Counted from the stretch's first letter, positions 27,285 through 44,269 are shown. The stretch: DNA of 64,000 bases from Octopus vulgaris (GCA_951406725.2 OX597815.1:6076001-6140000); one strand, 5' to 3'. Made by a program: numbers and translations. The notes: generated from the sequence alone by a model not told the origin.

Positions 27285-28090
27285 AATGTATTTGGCCGAA
27301 AATATATTTAGTCGATAATACGAGGGTGAGTCAAAAAATATTGCCATTTTGTTTAGGACAGGTATAATTACCAACACAGGAACATGTATCATACATCAAA
27401 ATGAAGCTTATTATGAGTTTATTGTTTTTCCTTTTGGCAAGAATGACCCCTTGAGCATCCCAAAAGACAGTCGCCATGATTTTTCCAGATGACTTTTGCA
27501 TCTTGAACTTTTTCGGTGGTGGTGACGTAGAGTGGCACCATTCCATTGACTGCCTCTTTGATTCCGGTTCATAATGATGAACTCATATTTCATCCCCTGT
27601 TACAACCCTTCGAAAGGAGGTGTTGTCTCTTTGACTTTGTAGTGAAGAAGCGACTCAAAGAACAATCAACAGAATTTTACGGGGCAGGGATACATGCTCT
27701 CGTTCAAAGGTGGAACATTGCTTTCGAGAGAAACGGTGACTATGTTGAGAAGTAGGGATGTGATCCACAGAGGACCAGCTTCATTTTGATGTATGATACA
27801 TGTTCCTGTGATGGTAATTATACCTGTCCTAAACAAAATGACATTACTTTTTGACTCACCCTCATATATTTCGTTAAAAATATCTTAGTCATTGGTCGAA
27901 AGTATATTTGGTCGAAAATATATTTGGTCGAAAATATATTTGGTCGAAAATATATTTGGCTGAAAATTATATTTACCATTGGTCAAAAATATATCTGGTT
28001 GAAAATATTTGATTGAAATATATCCGGTCGAAAATATATTTGGTCAGAAACACATTGTGTTGAAAATGTATTTGATCAAAAATATATAAC
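27285..28090. repeat. 16-bp minisatellite (TATTTGGTCGAAAATA) interrupted by the mariner
   Basis: Units present on both sides of the transposon. Confidence 0.8.
27321..27864. mobile_element. Rearranged non-autonomous mariner with ~88-bp inverted ends and TA TSD
   Basis: TA|CGAGGGTGAGTCAAAAA ... TTTTTGACTCACCCTCA|TA; transposase remnants on both strands. Confidence 0.88.
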
Positions 28091-28834
28091 GACTAATTTA
28101 TAAAGTATAATTTCCACAAACCAATCAAAGCTTTAATATGGTCTTGACCTTCTAGAAATAGCTGTCAAATCGCCTTCAAATTGCTCTCTATTGATTTTAA
28201 ACAGAACATATTGGATAATCTAAACCAATACACACTCTTTCTAGGAAGAAATTAGCACGGTCATGGCTGGAATACCTTTGATTTAAGGAATTCTGAGTAA
28301 AGCTTGGCCAAGGGCTAAATAATAATAGTGCCTTAAAATATGTACTCCACTTTCCATTCTTTCCTTTGCTAGAGTCGTCACTTCCGGGGATTTTAGGGGT
28401 TCTTTTGTTGTTTAATTTTCATCTCTTTCACATTTTTGTTTCCATGAAATCTACCCTTTAATCTGTTAAGACAAAAAAATGTTGGGAAAATGAATTTGAA
28501 CTCAGAACATTAAAAAATACCTTAAAATATTTACTCCGATACACTACAGGGGGCTTCCAACCACTGACGGTACGAACTCCTGCTCCATTAGCCAAAATGT
28601 CCTTTCTCGTTTGAGGCAAACAGAATATAAGGTAAGACAGATCTGGCAGTTAGTTCTAGGCAAACAAATGTAGTTCATATCGTAAAGGTGTTCCAACAAC
28701 GACCACCCCATATTTTAGTATATCAGGGGCTAAATATTGTCCACTCTACTTATCTATCCATCCATCCATCCATCTGTGTCTCTTTATCAATATATCTATC
28801 TACCTACCTATCTATTTCTTTATGTATGTATGTA

Positions 28835-28988
28835 CCTAACTGTGTGGTAAGGAACTTGCTACCCAACCACATGGTTTCGGGTTCAGTACCACTGCTTGTC
28901 ACCCTGGGCAAGTATCTTCTGCCATAGCCTCGGACCGACCAAAGTCTTGTAAGTGGATTTGGTAGACGGAAACTGAAAGAAGTCCGTC

Positions 28989-28990
<2 letters not shown>
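28835..28990 (+). mobile_element. SINE family A 5' half ending in (TA)n
   Basis: Head homology through GGAAACTGAAAGAAG. Confidence 0.8.
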
Positions 28991-29073
<83 letters not shown>

Positions 29074-29257
29074 TACCAATTAAGGACTGAACACGAAAAG
29101 TGGACAGTCAACATGCTAGATATAGACGTCAAATCGCCATTCTCCACAAAGATTATGTTCTCAAATAAAATAAAATTCAGCACAAAATTTTTATATATAT
29201 ATATATATATATGTGGGTACAGGACATAAAAAATAACGTGAACAAAATGAGAAAGTT

Positions 29258-29420
29258 AGGGGTTGTGAATCCAACCCACTAAGGGATAATATTTATCCAA
29301 TATACTGTTGATATAATACCCAATTATTAATACACAAGTGTTTTTAATTGCAATGCAATAAACTTATTTATTGTATTAAATGGGTGAAGGTAAAGAAATA
29401 TTTTACCATTAATTTATATT
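29258..29420 (-). mobile_element. Diverged 3' terminus related to the 57211-58604 element
   Basis: Reverse complement aligns by eye with 58435-58590 (TACCTTTACCCATTTAATACAAT...ATATTGGATA..TTATCCC..GTGGGTTG..TTC..AACCCC). Confidence 0.65.
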
Positions 29421-29523
29421 GCAAATAAGAAAATGTAGGAGAACAATAGTTGGTTCGTCAACTTTAGTACATTGAAAATATTAACTCATTTATTTATTAA
29501 ACTGATAAAGCTATATATATGTA

Positions 29524-29904
29524 TCTCTTTCTATATAAACGGCAGTTTGTCTGTGCGTGTTTCTGTGTGTCTGTCAGGTTGTACCCTCACCCTGACCACG
29601 GCTTTCAACCGATTCTGATGAAACTTGACACACACATAGCCCAATGTCATAATTCAAAACTAACGCAGCGAAAATTTTGAAAAGTTCCCCCAGTTCTGAA
29701 AAAATCGATAAATTCGACATGGGGTCGAGAATCAGAAACACAAACCGCAAACTGTCTAGGGGACGCAACTCCACCTTTTTTAACTAAAAAAAAATTTACC
29801 ATCATTTTTTTCCATTTTTTTGCTATTTTTTGGCTATAACTCTCTAAAAATGCTTTATAGTTATTTCCCTTACAAACCTGAGCAACGCCGGGCGATACTG
29901 CTAG
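29524..29904 (+). mobile_element. Non-autonomous Helitron
   Basis: A|TC 5' end; subterminal hairpin CCTGAGC-AAC-GCCGGG; CTAG|T 3' end. Confidence 0.8.
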
Positions 29905-30023
29905 TGTTATTATAATTATCAGTTTAATAAATACATAAGTTAATATTTTCAATGTCTTAAAGTTGACGAACCAACTATTGTTCTCCTCCATTTTCTTATT
30001 TGCTACATATATATATATATATA

Positions 30024-30234
30024 TATACTTTATTTAAAGCAGCAGAAAATTCAATAAAAACTGGGTTTCACGTTCCCGCTCGTCCGACAAAAAACTGTCC
30101 GACGAATGGGAACGTGAAACCCAAGTAACAGGTTTTGTTGAATTTTCTGCTGCTTTTAAATAAAGTATATTACTCTACCTCTGGTATTTGAGTACTCTTT
30201 TTTCCACCTTGTTTCACATTTATGTGTTTACTCC

Positions 30235-30236
<2 letters not shown>
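30024..30236 (+). mobile_element. Fold-back hammerhead element in (TA)n (hammerhead 30095-30131)
   Basis: CUGU-CCGACGA-AUG(GGAA)CGU-GAAAC-CCAA-GUA-ACAG; left arm is a shorter inverted copy. Confidence 0.75.
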
Positions 30237-30309
<73 letters not shown>

Positions 30310-30837
30310 GAAAGAATGGAGTTTTTTGACGTGAATTTGCTACCCAGGTTTCGGTTAAACGAATTTTCCATGCTGACAATAAACATAGGATAATTCATTC
30401 ACCTACTTAAATATATCTATATCTATATATATATCTATATATATATCTATATATATATCTATATATCTATCTATCTATCTATCTATCTATATATATATAT
30501 ATATATATATCGTTCATGAATCTAAAATAATAATAACGATGTCTCCCCCTGCTGGCGACAAATAGATTTCCTTTATTCCTTTATGGCAAACATATGCAAA
30601 TCGTGCCACACCTGCTTCTACGTATATACTACATGTGTATATACATTATAATAATCATCTGTTATCATGCTAAACACGCACTTACACACACACAGCAATA
30701 ACTTGATTGTTATAGTGGCCCCGGGACCATGGATGAAGCGATGGGGGGTGCAAGATACAACAAACTCTTACATTGCTTAAGATAATGTAATAATAATAAT
30801 AATAATAATAAGAGTAACGTTTGAATGTCTAATTGCA

Positions 30838-30945
30838 TCAGCTGTTGTCGTTCTTCGTTGAAGTTTTTTGGCTCAAATCCAGCAACGCCATATTTGGTGA
30901 GATTTCAACAGATCCGGATTGGAATCTACAACCAGCGGCCAATGC
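30838..30945 (-). CDS. Candidate microprotein, exon 2 (ALAAGCRFQSGSVEISPNMALLDLSQKTSTKNDNS*)
   Basis: Acceptor TTTTCCATTTTTTCCCTGACTCCCAG with CTGAC branch-like motif; phase 0 joins exon 34789-34830; unique sequence amid repeats. Confidence 0.35.
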   Translation of the reverse strand, partial: ALAAGCRFQSGSVEISPNMALLDLSQKTSTKNDNS

Positions 30946-31049
30946 CTGGGAGTCAGGGAAAAAATGGAAAATAATGTGTGATTGTTGGTTGGTGTTGTTG
31001 TTGTTTGGAGGGGAGGGAGGAACGGAGGGAGAGTTGGACGGGGTGTGGA

Positions 31050-31237
31050 GATGATGGTGTGGGTGATAGTGTTGTTGTTGGTGGTGATGATGATGGTGGT
31101 GATGGTGGTGGTGGAGATGATGATGATGGTGGTGGTGGTGGTGGTGGAGATGATGATGATGATGGTGATGATGGTGGTGGTGGTGGTGGTGGTGGTGGTG
31201 GTGGAGATGATGATGTGGGTGATAGTGTTGTTATTTG

Positions 31238-31268
<31 letters not shown>

Positions 31269-31360
31269 AGTGGTGGTGGTGGTGGTGGTGGTGGTGGAGA
31301 TGATCATGATGGTGGTGGTAGTGGTGGTGGTGGTGATGGTGGTGGTGGTGGTGGTGTTGT
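31050..31360. repeat. (GGT)n/(GAT)n array
   Basis: Direct reading. Confidence 0.95.
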
Positions 31361-31494
31361 TTATGCTTTTCATTGTTCTTCTAGTTCCTTTAGCTTCCTC
31401 TTCTTACCGTTTCCAAATTCTTTTAATCATTGTTTGTAAATGGATGTTTATCTTACACACACGTGTGTGTGTGTGTGTGTGTAGAATACATTAA

Positions 31495-31535
<41 letters not shown>

Positions 31536-31564
31536 CATATATCCGTATGTACATGTATATATGT

Positions 31565-34780
<3,216 letters not shown>

Positions 34781-34788
34781 AGGCTTAC

Positions 34789-34830
34789 TTGGTACAGAAG
34801 GTTCTCGCAGGTTGAGCTACTGTTAACCAT
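34789..34830 (-). CDS. Candidate microprotein, first coding exon (MVNSSSTCENLLYQ)
   Basis: Kozak-like TCACCATGG, in-frame upstream stop, donor CAA|GTAAGC. Confidence 0.35.
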
Positions 34831-35087
34831 GGTGAAGTATTCACAAACAGTGAGAAGTTAAACCTGGGCGAATGTTGGCGTGGTGGTGGAGACGACGTTA
34901 AGATTGATGGCGACGTTAAGATGAAGGCGACGGTGGAGGAGGTCCTGAATGTCGCTGGAACTGGCTGTGCTCTGTGGTCAGTGGTGAGAACCAAAGACGA
35001 GATATGGTTTGTTGTGACTAGCTTTATAGAGATTATTAGGCTCCAGCAGAGAATTTAGAAGACTGTGTCACGCGATCTTATCAGAAG

Positions 35088-35162
35088 GCTGCGATTGGTT
35101 GGGTTGCACAGTGGCTCGAAATAAAGCAAGAGACAAACTGCGCCAATACCAACCAATCAGAG
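35088..35162. promoter_or_regulatory. Paired CCAAT (NF-Y-like) boxes
   Basis: GCGATTGGTT (~35091) and AACCAATCAG (~35151), upstream of the candidate minus-strand exon. Confidence 0.35.
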
Positions 35163-36179
35163 TAGTGGACACAACAGGGCCTAAGCGGCCGAAGGTTAGC
35201 TGTTATCTCCTACGTCCGTATTTGTGTTATATATGTCAGAGAGAGAGGATTAATTTCACTAAGGGTCCGCTACAGGCTAAATAACAGCAACATTGGTCCT
35301 AATCAGGACTGCCACTTTACGTTGGCAAATGAAGCTTTACTCTATATCCTTAAATCCTTAAAAATGTTTTAGCCCGAATGCCGCGGCCATTATTATTTTA
35401 GGAGAAAGCGGTTTGCTTCTGAATAAAAATCGATGTAACTCGTTCCTATCTGCATCCTTCTTCATCAGAAGAAATTAATAATAAACTTAATAATTCAATT
35501 TCGCTTTTTGGATTTGGATTGCAAGATTTTTTTATGTGAGTTCGTGTGTTGAAGCATTTTCTTTTGTGTTTGGGGAGGTTGGATTACATCCATCATCTCA
35601 GCTGGTCATGCTTGGGAATTCCAGCTAGAGAGTGTAATGACCGTTGCTTCTGAGAGAACCCTGTGGATAAGGTGCCTGGGGATTCTACCCGTCTCTTAGA
35701 ATAGTGGGCAGAATGGATGGATTATTCAAGTATTTTATGGTGTGACACACACATCGACATTAGGGAATTTTTTAACATTAATCCCTCCGATATTTACCGA
35801 AGCTTCGTATCATTCGGCTCTATTTTATAAGTAAAATTTCACACGAACCAGCAGATCCTTTAGAATTAATAGTTAAATAGAGTATTAAGTATTATGGATA
35901 TAGATAAAATATTTCGTAGGTGGTGCAAGGTGAATATAATCTTAGTTTGATAAATTTAGTAAAAGGGCTTAAAGAAATAGGAAATATTATATTACATATA
36001 TACATAGATATACTCATATATATATATATGCATGTGCGTGTGCGTGTGAGCGTACATATACATACATAATACATACATACATGCATACATACATGCATAC
36101 ATACATACGTACGTACATACATACATACATACATACATACATACATACATACATACATACATACGTACATACATACATA

Positions 36180-36385
36180 GGGTAAATATAGAGAAACCCC
36201 AGTTATTGAATACAGAGAATATGACAACGAATATTGGTGGAATATTCCGATGGAAACTTGTATCAAGTTAAGGCTGGATATCGTTGTTTGGGGCAGACAA
36301 GAAAAAGTAAGTACCATCATAAGGGTCAGTTGTCCTGCTGGTGAGAAGACCTCTTTGAGAATCAAAGGGAAAGAAAAAAAATGAT
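36180..36385 (+). mobile_element. Degraded R4/Dong-like RLE endonuclease fragment
   Basis: NEYWWNIPMETCIK...LDIVVWGRQEKVSTIIRVSCPA resembles the PD..D RLE region. Confidence 0.55.
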
Positions 36386-36398
36386 GAACAACAATTTA

Positions 36399-36888
<490 letters not shown>

Positions 36889-37012
36889 ACTGATTCGAAA
36901 CGCCCAGCTTCTAAATTCAGATTACAAATATACGTTTACACCAATAACAATTGGTGAATTTAGTTTTGTAAACAATCGCAGCGTATCTTCGCACGATTTG
37001 TAAACAATCGTA

Positions 37013-37264
37013 GAAGGTGTTTATAAGCCATTTAAAAACACACGGAATCCGTTCGATTCACTTCAACATTTCAATTTAATTTGCCCAAATATTTTCGTCG
37101 CTTTGAGACCGCGACCTGTTCACTGACAAAATTTCGTGTTGCATTTTGTCAGTGAACAGGTCATGGTCTCAAAGCGATGAAAATATTTTGACACAAATTA
37201 AATTTAAATGTTGAAGTGAATCTAACAGTTTCTGTGTGTTTTTAAATGGCTTATACACACCTTC
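37013..37264. repeat. Fold-back element, ~120-bp arms, ~10-bp loop
   Basis: GAAGGTGT...CACTGACAAAAT / ATTTTGTCAGTG...ACACCTTC. Confidence 0.85.
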
Positions 37265-37641
37265 CATGAAGCAATTGTTTTTGTTTCAGTGCTGGATTTC
37301 AGATCAAATCACTTGCTATGCGAGTACATCTCCGTAATTAATTTTGTAAATAAATACCAAAGTAACACTCGCGATAAGCTAGGCTTTTCAGAAAAGAAAG
37401 TCAATCAGCCAACACACGCATTGCAAATACAATCCGTAAGTGGAACAGTAAAACTATGCAAGACTTTTCTCAAGTTTAAAATGTCACATCGTTTTTTTCT
37501 TATCGTTTTTCACATCGTTTTTTTTCTGTTGTGTTTGGGGAGGTTGGCGCTTTGTGGTTTTGTTAAAAACCAGCAACTTTCTTACAAGTAAACTTCAAAT
37601 AATTAAAAGCAGAAGAGAACATACATACCTTATCGTGTGTA

Positions 37642-37705
<64 letters not shown>

Positions 37706-37997
37706 TCTATGTGTACATATTCAGGGTATTGTCACCTGAATGATCGCACATAAAAGTAAGATCTGGGTAGCGAGTGTATGTGTGCATATATACATACATA
37801 TATATACATATATACACACACTAATGTGTTTATATCTACGGTATCCTACCAGCTTTTGATACTATGATACCTTCGTGGTTGCTTAACCCCACTGCGAACC
37901 CATGTTATTGTACCTAGCCATTTCTGGCGTCCTACGTGATAATGTACCCAGATTATATATGTATGTGTGTGTGCGTGAGTGGGTGCGTGAGTGGGTG

Positions 37998-38057
<60 letters not shown>

Positions 38058-39069
38058 TGTGTGTGTTCCTGAAACGGAAGAGCTCTCCATGGGGCTTTTT
38101 CGCGGCTAATACACCTCTCCACTTTCATAAAAACAATGGGGGCTTTTTTTAGGTTCATACTGGATATATTCCGTATGTGTGTATGTACGTACGTACATAT
38201 GCATGTATGTATGTATGTATGTATGTATGTATGTATGTTTGTATGTATGTATGTATGTACGCACCTATGTATGTATGTATGTTTGTATATATGTATGTAT
38301 GTATGTATGTGTGTGTCTATGTATGTATGTGTGTCTTTGTACGCACCTATGTATGTATGTATGTATGTATGTATGTATGTATGTATGTATGTATGTATGT
38401 ATGTATGTATGTTATGTATGTATGTATGTATGTATGTACGTACCTATGTATGTATATATAAATGTATGTACACACCAATGTACGTATGCATGTATGTATG
38501 TATATATGTACGTACCTATGTATGTATATATGTATGTATTTGCGCACCTATGTACGTATGTATGTATGTACGTACCTATGTACGTATACATGTATACATG
38601 TATGTACGCACCTATGTATGTATGTATATTTGTACGTATGTACGCATCTATGTATGTATGTACGTATGTATGTACGTACCTATATACGTATGTATGTATG
38701 TATGTTTGCATGTATGTACGTACCTATGGATGGATGTGTGTGCATTTTTCCTTTGTGTCAATCATTAGTCTTCAATCCCGGTGACCCCCACCCACCGCCT
38801 TCCCAGCTTCCAGTCAATCACATCGACTATCGACTTCTGTGCGTATCTTCGCCGCCTCCAGCGTGGCCGTCTATTTTCGCATTGTGCACCGCTTCCGTTC
38901 CATTGTCTCACTGAAGCAAGGAACGGTGTCAGATGCGATTTACGGCGGCGGCGTCGCCTCCCCCCCTCCCCCACCACCAGCATCCCCACCCTACTGGTAT
39001 TACATGCAAGTCTGTAGAAATGTCTACTTAGCTGCAGCTGCTCTCTTCTCTCTGTGCGTCGTCGTCACC

Positions 39070-39070
39070 G

Positions 39071-39117
<47 letters not shown>

Positions 39118-39119
39118 TA

Positions 39120-39168
<49 letters not shown>

Positions 39169-39174
39169 TACATC

Positions 39175-39206
<32 letters not shown>

Positions 39207-39239
39207 CTACATCATCATCATCATCATCATCATCATCAA

Positions 39240-39324
<85 letters not shown>

Positions 39325-39326
39325 TA

Positions 39327-39367
<41 letters not shown>
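39070..39367. repeat. (ATC)n array
   Basis: Direct reading. Confidence 0.95.
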
Positions 39368-39452
39368 ACACGATCATAATCGTCGACTCAGCCTCCTCAT
39401 CATCGCATCGTTTATCTATTCGTAGGCAGCAATATCAACGGTTCGAGCAATC

Positions 39453-39510
<58 letters not shown>

Positions 39511-39751
39511 GCTTTTCTTCTTTCAATTTTTGCTTCGATTTCTTGCCGAGTGCCTTCCCGACACCTAGAACAATGAAACTCGTTGTATACATTGATAAGT
39601 CATTTAAGATAAACACACCGGATTGTTCATTTACAAAATCAAATGAAGTTGTGTCAGAAAAAAAAAATTTCTTTTCTTACATAACTTCATGTACATGTTA
39701 ATACTTCCAATCAATTAAGATCAGAAGCCTTTTATTATTATTATTATTATT

Positions 39752-39821
<70 letters not shown>

Positions 39822-39833
39822 TTGTTGTTGTTG

Positions 39834-39864
<31 letters not shown>

Positions 39865-39865
<1 letters not shown>

Positions 39866-40460
39866 GCCTTTGTACAGCTTCTAATGCTGGAGATGTACCA
39901 CGGCGTCAGCTGTTCACTACCAGTGAACTAAAGTGATATCCCTTATTTTTCGAGCACCATCCGGAGTATTCGAGCGGTTCCAAGCAGTGCTGTTTTCTTT
40001 CTACAAGTGCTCCACCCTTATTGCAGCCCCTATTTGTTCCACGTACTTCTCGAGATTTTTGCTCACTGTTCCCAGGGATATGACAATTATTGGTACCACT
40101 ACCACCTTTTTCATCGGCCATAACTGCTTAACCTTCTAAGCTAACCTGTCATACTTATCGACTTTTCTTTCTTCCTTATCGCATACCTTATTGTCAGCTG
40201 GGCATGCTATGTCTATGATCCAGCATAGTTTGTTTTCTTTCTCAATTAAGACTATGTCTGTCTTCCTATTCTCTATCTCATGGTCGCACTGAATCATAAA
40301 ATCCCATAGGATCTTTGCATTATCATTTTCGATGATGCCTTCGGGTTTGTGGTCGTACCAATTCTTTGCTCTGTCAAGTCTATACTTGCTGCAAAATGCC
40401 CAATGGTCAAGCCTTGCTATATAGTCGTGGCGTCTCTTATATTCCTTCTGGGCCAGTGGA
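39865..40460 (-). mobile_element. R4/Dong-like non-LTR retrotransposon 3' end (RLE domain) ending at (TAA)n/(CAA)n
   Basis: Manual translation: YKRRHD...KILWDFMIQCDHEIENRKTDIVLIEKENKLCWIIDIACPAD..KVDKY...TALLGTARILR; stops and frameshifts present. Confidence 0.85.
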
Positions 40461-40834
40461 ATACATTTATATCAACTCCAGTACTTGACTGGTATTTAAT
40501 TTTATCAACCTTGAAAGTTGACCTCGGTGGAATTTGAACTCAGACCATAAAGAACCGACAGAAATACCACAAAGCATTTTGTCCGACGCGCTAACCATTC
40601 TACCAGATCACCACCTTAGTTATAATTCTACTATATCTATGTTTCGGGTCACAACAATGGGCTTACAAATAGCGACCCCCAAGCAATTATTGATACCGTT
40701 GTTATTAACAACATCTCATATTTTAAGACTGGAAACATTTAAGAGCAGTATCATATTTTAAAGCGGGTATGTGATACACATTACGACTATCAGAAGTAAC
40801 CATAGTAACTATTCTTCATAATTATTTCATAAGC

Positions 40835-41490
40835 TAAGGCGATGAGCTGGCAGAATCGTTAGCACGCTGGACGAAATGCTTAGTGGTATTTCGCCCGTCG
40901 CTCCGTTCTGAGTTCAAATTCCGCCGAGGTTGACTTTGCCTTTCATCCTTTCGGGGTCGATAAATTAAGTACCAGTTATGCACTGGGGTCAGTGTAATCG
41001 ACTTAATCCCTTTGTCTGTCCTTGTTTGTCCCCTCTGTGTGTAGCCCCTTGTGGGCAGTAAAGAAATAAGAATCGTTAGCACGCTGGACGAAATGCTTAG
41101 CGGTATTTCGCCCGTCGCTCCGTTCTGAGTTCAAATTCCGCCGAGGTTGACTTTACCTTTCATCCTTTCGGAGCCGATAGATTAAGTACCAGTTGCGTAC
41201 TGTGGTCGATGTAATCGACTATCCCCTCCCACCAAAATTAGGCCTTGTGTCTTTAGTAGAAAGGATTATCATATAATAAGCTCCAAAGGCGGCGAACAGA
41301 CAGACTCATTACATCGACAGACAAAATGCTTGGCGATATTTCTTCCCGTTTTACGTTCTGAGTTCAAATTGTCGCCGAGGTAGACTTTACCTTTCATCCT
41401 TTCGAGATCGATAAAATAAAAACCAGTTGAACACTAGGATCGATGTAATAGACCAGATCCTTCCCACCTAGTTTTAACCTTTGTGCCTAT
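40835..41490 (+). mobile_element. Tandem SINE family D cluster (three units)
   Basis: Repeated AGAATCGTTAGCACGCTGGACGAAATGCTTAG and D core. Confidence 0.85.
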
Positions 41491-42246
41491 TGTGGTGGAG
41501 GCGCATTTACCCCGCTTGACAGCGGGTTTAAACAAGCTTGGCTAGATGGCGCAGCAGCGGTGAGATTCTGACACGAGGCGTTGCAACTTTCTCTCTTTTC
41601 TCGTCAAGACGTCCGACCGTAAAGACATAAGTTAGTTGGCTCTCTCTCGCGACACACGTGCGGCGACTAGGAGACAGGAGGCAACGCACGGGAGAAGATC
41701 ATGGGCTCCACGCATCAAACCATTTCCATTTATCATTCACCTTGTATATATATACTAGCAGTATCGCCCGGCGTTGCTCGGGTTTGTAAGGGAAATAACT
41801 ATATAAGCATTTTTAGAGAGTTATAGCCAAAAAATAGCAAAAAAATGCATTAAAAATGGGAAAAAAAATTATGGTAATTTTTTTTTTAAATCGTTGACTC
41901 ATCGTAGAAATTTTTAGAGAGTTACTTCCCTTATATAATAGCGAAAAAAATGCATTAAAATGGAAAAAAATGATGGTAATTTTTTTTTTTAATCGTAGAC
42001 TCATCGTAGACGCGCGCTAACACCCAGAAGGGCTCGATATGAATCACGACTATAAGATACCCGGTTTTGGTTAAACTGCACCGCAAAATGTGGGAGTAGT
42101 TAGGAATCTAAATCGTAGGAGACAGACACACAACGCGACTTTTATATATAAAGATATATATACGTGTGGCTGGCATTAAAAGTATTTAAAGTTACCGCAT
42201 TGTTTTATGTATTCTTTATACCGTGTGTCTGTCAAATGATATTACA
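41491..42246. mobile_element. Possible solo LTR (TG...CA) interrupted by a Helitron
   Basis: Begins TGTGGTGG, ends TATTACA, ATTAAA near 3' end; no clear TSD. Confidence 0.3.
41755..42154 (-). mobile_element. Non-autonomous Helitron inserted in (TA)n
   Basis: Minus strand A|TCTTTATATATAAAA ... CCCGAGCAACGCCGGGCGATACTGCTAG|T. Confidence 0.85.
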
Positions 42247-42677
42247 GCCTTTTGAACAGAGTCATATTTAGATGGCTCTACAAATACGATGCAAACAGAC
42301 CATCTAAAATGGTGACTGCGACGTTCCAGACCACTGTACCATCTAAAGAGGGAAGAATTATTGTGCAATAAGCTTCTAAAGTGGCGAGCTGATAGAATCA
42401 TTACCAGGTCAGGTCAGATGTGGGAGCATGCGCCGTTGCGCTGCACTGCTTCATTCGCCAGTTGTCAGTATATCCCTGAGTCCTTCCAGGCGCCCTATCA
42501 TGCAGAGTCCCAATCAGTCCGCATCTCCGCGAAATACCTAATCATCTGCCGTGACCATGTGGCATGTGGTCGACCAACCCGAACCGTCGACCCATCCGGA
42601 TCTTCAGTGAAGAGAACAGGGTAAGCAGGGCTTAATTTGGAAAATTGAGCAACATAACCAAACAGTCATAACCTACA

Positions 42678-43095
42678 GGCGTAGGAGTGGCTGTGTGGTA
42701 AGTAGCTTGCTTACGAACCACATGGTTTCGGGTTCAGTCCCACTGCGTGGCACCTTGGGTGAGTGTCTTCTACTATAGCCTCGGGCTGACCAAAGCCTTG
42801 TGAATGGATTTGGTAGACGGAAACTGAAAGAAGCCCGTCGTATATATATGTGTATATATATGTATGTGCGTGTTTGTGTGTCTGTGTTTGTCCCCCCAAC
42901 ATCGCTTGACAACCGATGCTGGTGTGTTTACGTCCCCGTAACTTAGCGGTTCGGCAAAAAGGGACCGATAAAATAAGTACTGGGCTTACAAAAGAATAAG
43001 TCCTGGGGTTGATTTGATCGACTAAAGGCGGTGCTCCAGCATGGCCACAGTCACATGACTGAAACAAGTAAAAGAGTAAAAGAGTAAAAGAGTAA
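42678..43095 (+). mobile_element. SINE family A
   Basis: Full-length homology. Confidence 0.9.
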
Positions 43096-43593
43096 GAGTC
43101 TCTGAGCTGGTATTCCTGAACAGAGCGCATCCTTATTTCTGGATACAGTATCCGACCAACGGTAATCCATAATCCTCTGAAGAGTCCTCATACCAAAGGA
43201 GTTGGTACCATTTTGTCCACACCTGAGAAAACGCTTAGCAGCATTTCTTCCAGCTCTTTACGTTCCGAGTTCGAATTCCGCCGGGGTCGGCTTTGCCTTT
43301 CATCCTTCCGGGGTTCGATAAAACAAGTACGAGTCAAGTACTGTAGTCGATGTAATTGACTAGTTCCCTCCACACCCCCAAAAAAAATTTTCGGCCTTGT
43401 GTCAAGAGAAGAAAAGTAAAAATGATGTAATAACCCCCCCCCCCCACTACACATCATCAGCTAAGTCAATCTACATTCTGGTGTAACTTTACACAGTTAA
43501 TATTTTACTGTCTAAACACCCACCACCCTCCCCTGTCCCTGCCAATCACCGCCGACAGAACATTCAACCCCACACCCAAGCACCCCGGCGGCT

Positions 43594-43651
43594 TCTCTCC
43601 CTTTCCCTTTATCTCTCTCTCTCTCTCTTTCTTTCTTTCTCTCTCTCTCTT

Positions 43652-43702
<51 letters not shown>

Positions 43703-43719
43703 CTCTCTCTCTCTCTCTT

Positions 43720-43774
<55 letters not shown>

Positions 43775-43899
43775 CTCTCTCTCTCTCTTTCTTTCTCTCT
43801 CTCTTTCTTTCTCTCTCTCCCTCCCTTTCTTTCTCTCTCTCTCTCTTTCTTTCTCTTTCTCTCTTTCTTTCTCTCTCTCTTTCTTTCTCTCTCTCTCTT

Positions 43900-43988
<89 letters not shown>
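43594..43988. repeat. (CT)n/(CTTT)n polypyrimidine tract
   Basis: Direct reading. Confidence 0.95.
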
Positions 43989-44269
43989 AAGAGGGACTAA
44001 ACTACCCTTAGAACCCGCAACAACCCACACTACACCCTACAACACGTGCACGCGTACCTACTTAGCTCCCGCACATCATTCGTATTATATTTCATAAAAA
44101 AAAGGGGGTCAGATTACAAAGAATTTAGTGATCTGGGATTATTTATTTATCTATTTATTTATTTATTTATTTATTTACTGAATTGCAAAACAAGCAAGAT
44201 GAGATTTTGGCTTGAGGCTAGAGTTATTTGACTAGATATCCTACAAATATGTGTGCGGTTAGTACATTT

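Noticed and set aside
27890-28090. CRISPR-like regular repeats
   Set aside because: Contiguous 16-bp units without spacers; eukaryotic context; no cas genes
39054-39425. Poly-His, poly-Asp and poly-Gly ORFs (also 19365, 30978, 61741, 63415)
   Set aside because: Trinucleotide arrays; the 61750 array is an expanded SINE tail
43512-44030. RE/KE-rich ORF resembling charged low-complexity proteins
   Set aside because: (GA)n microsatellite translation
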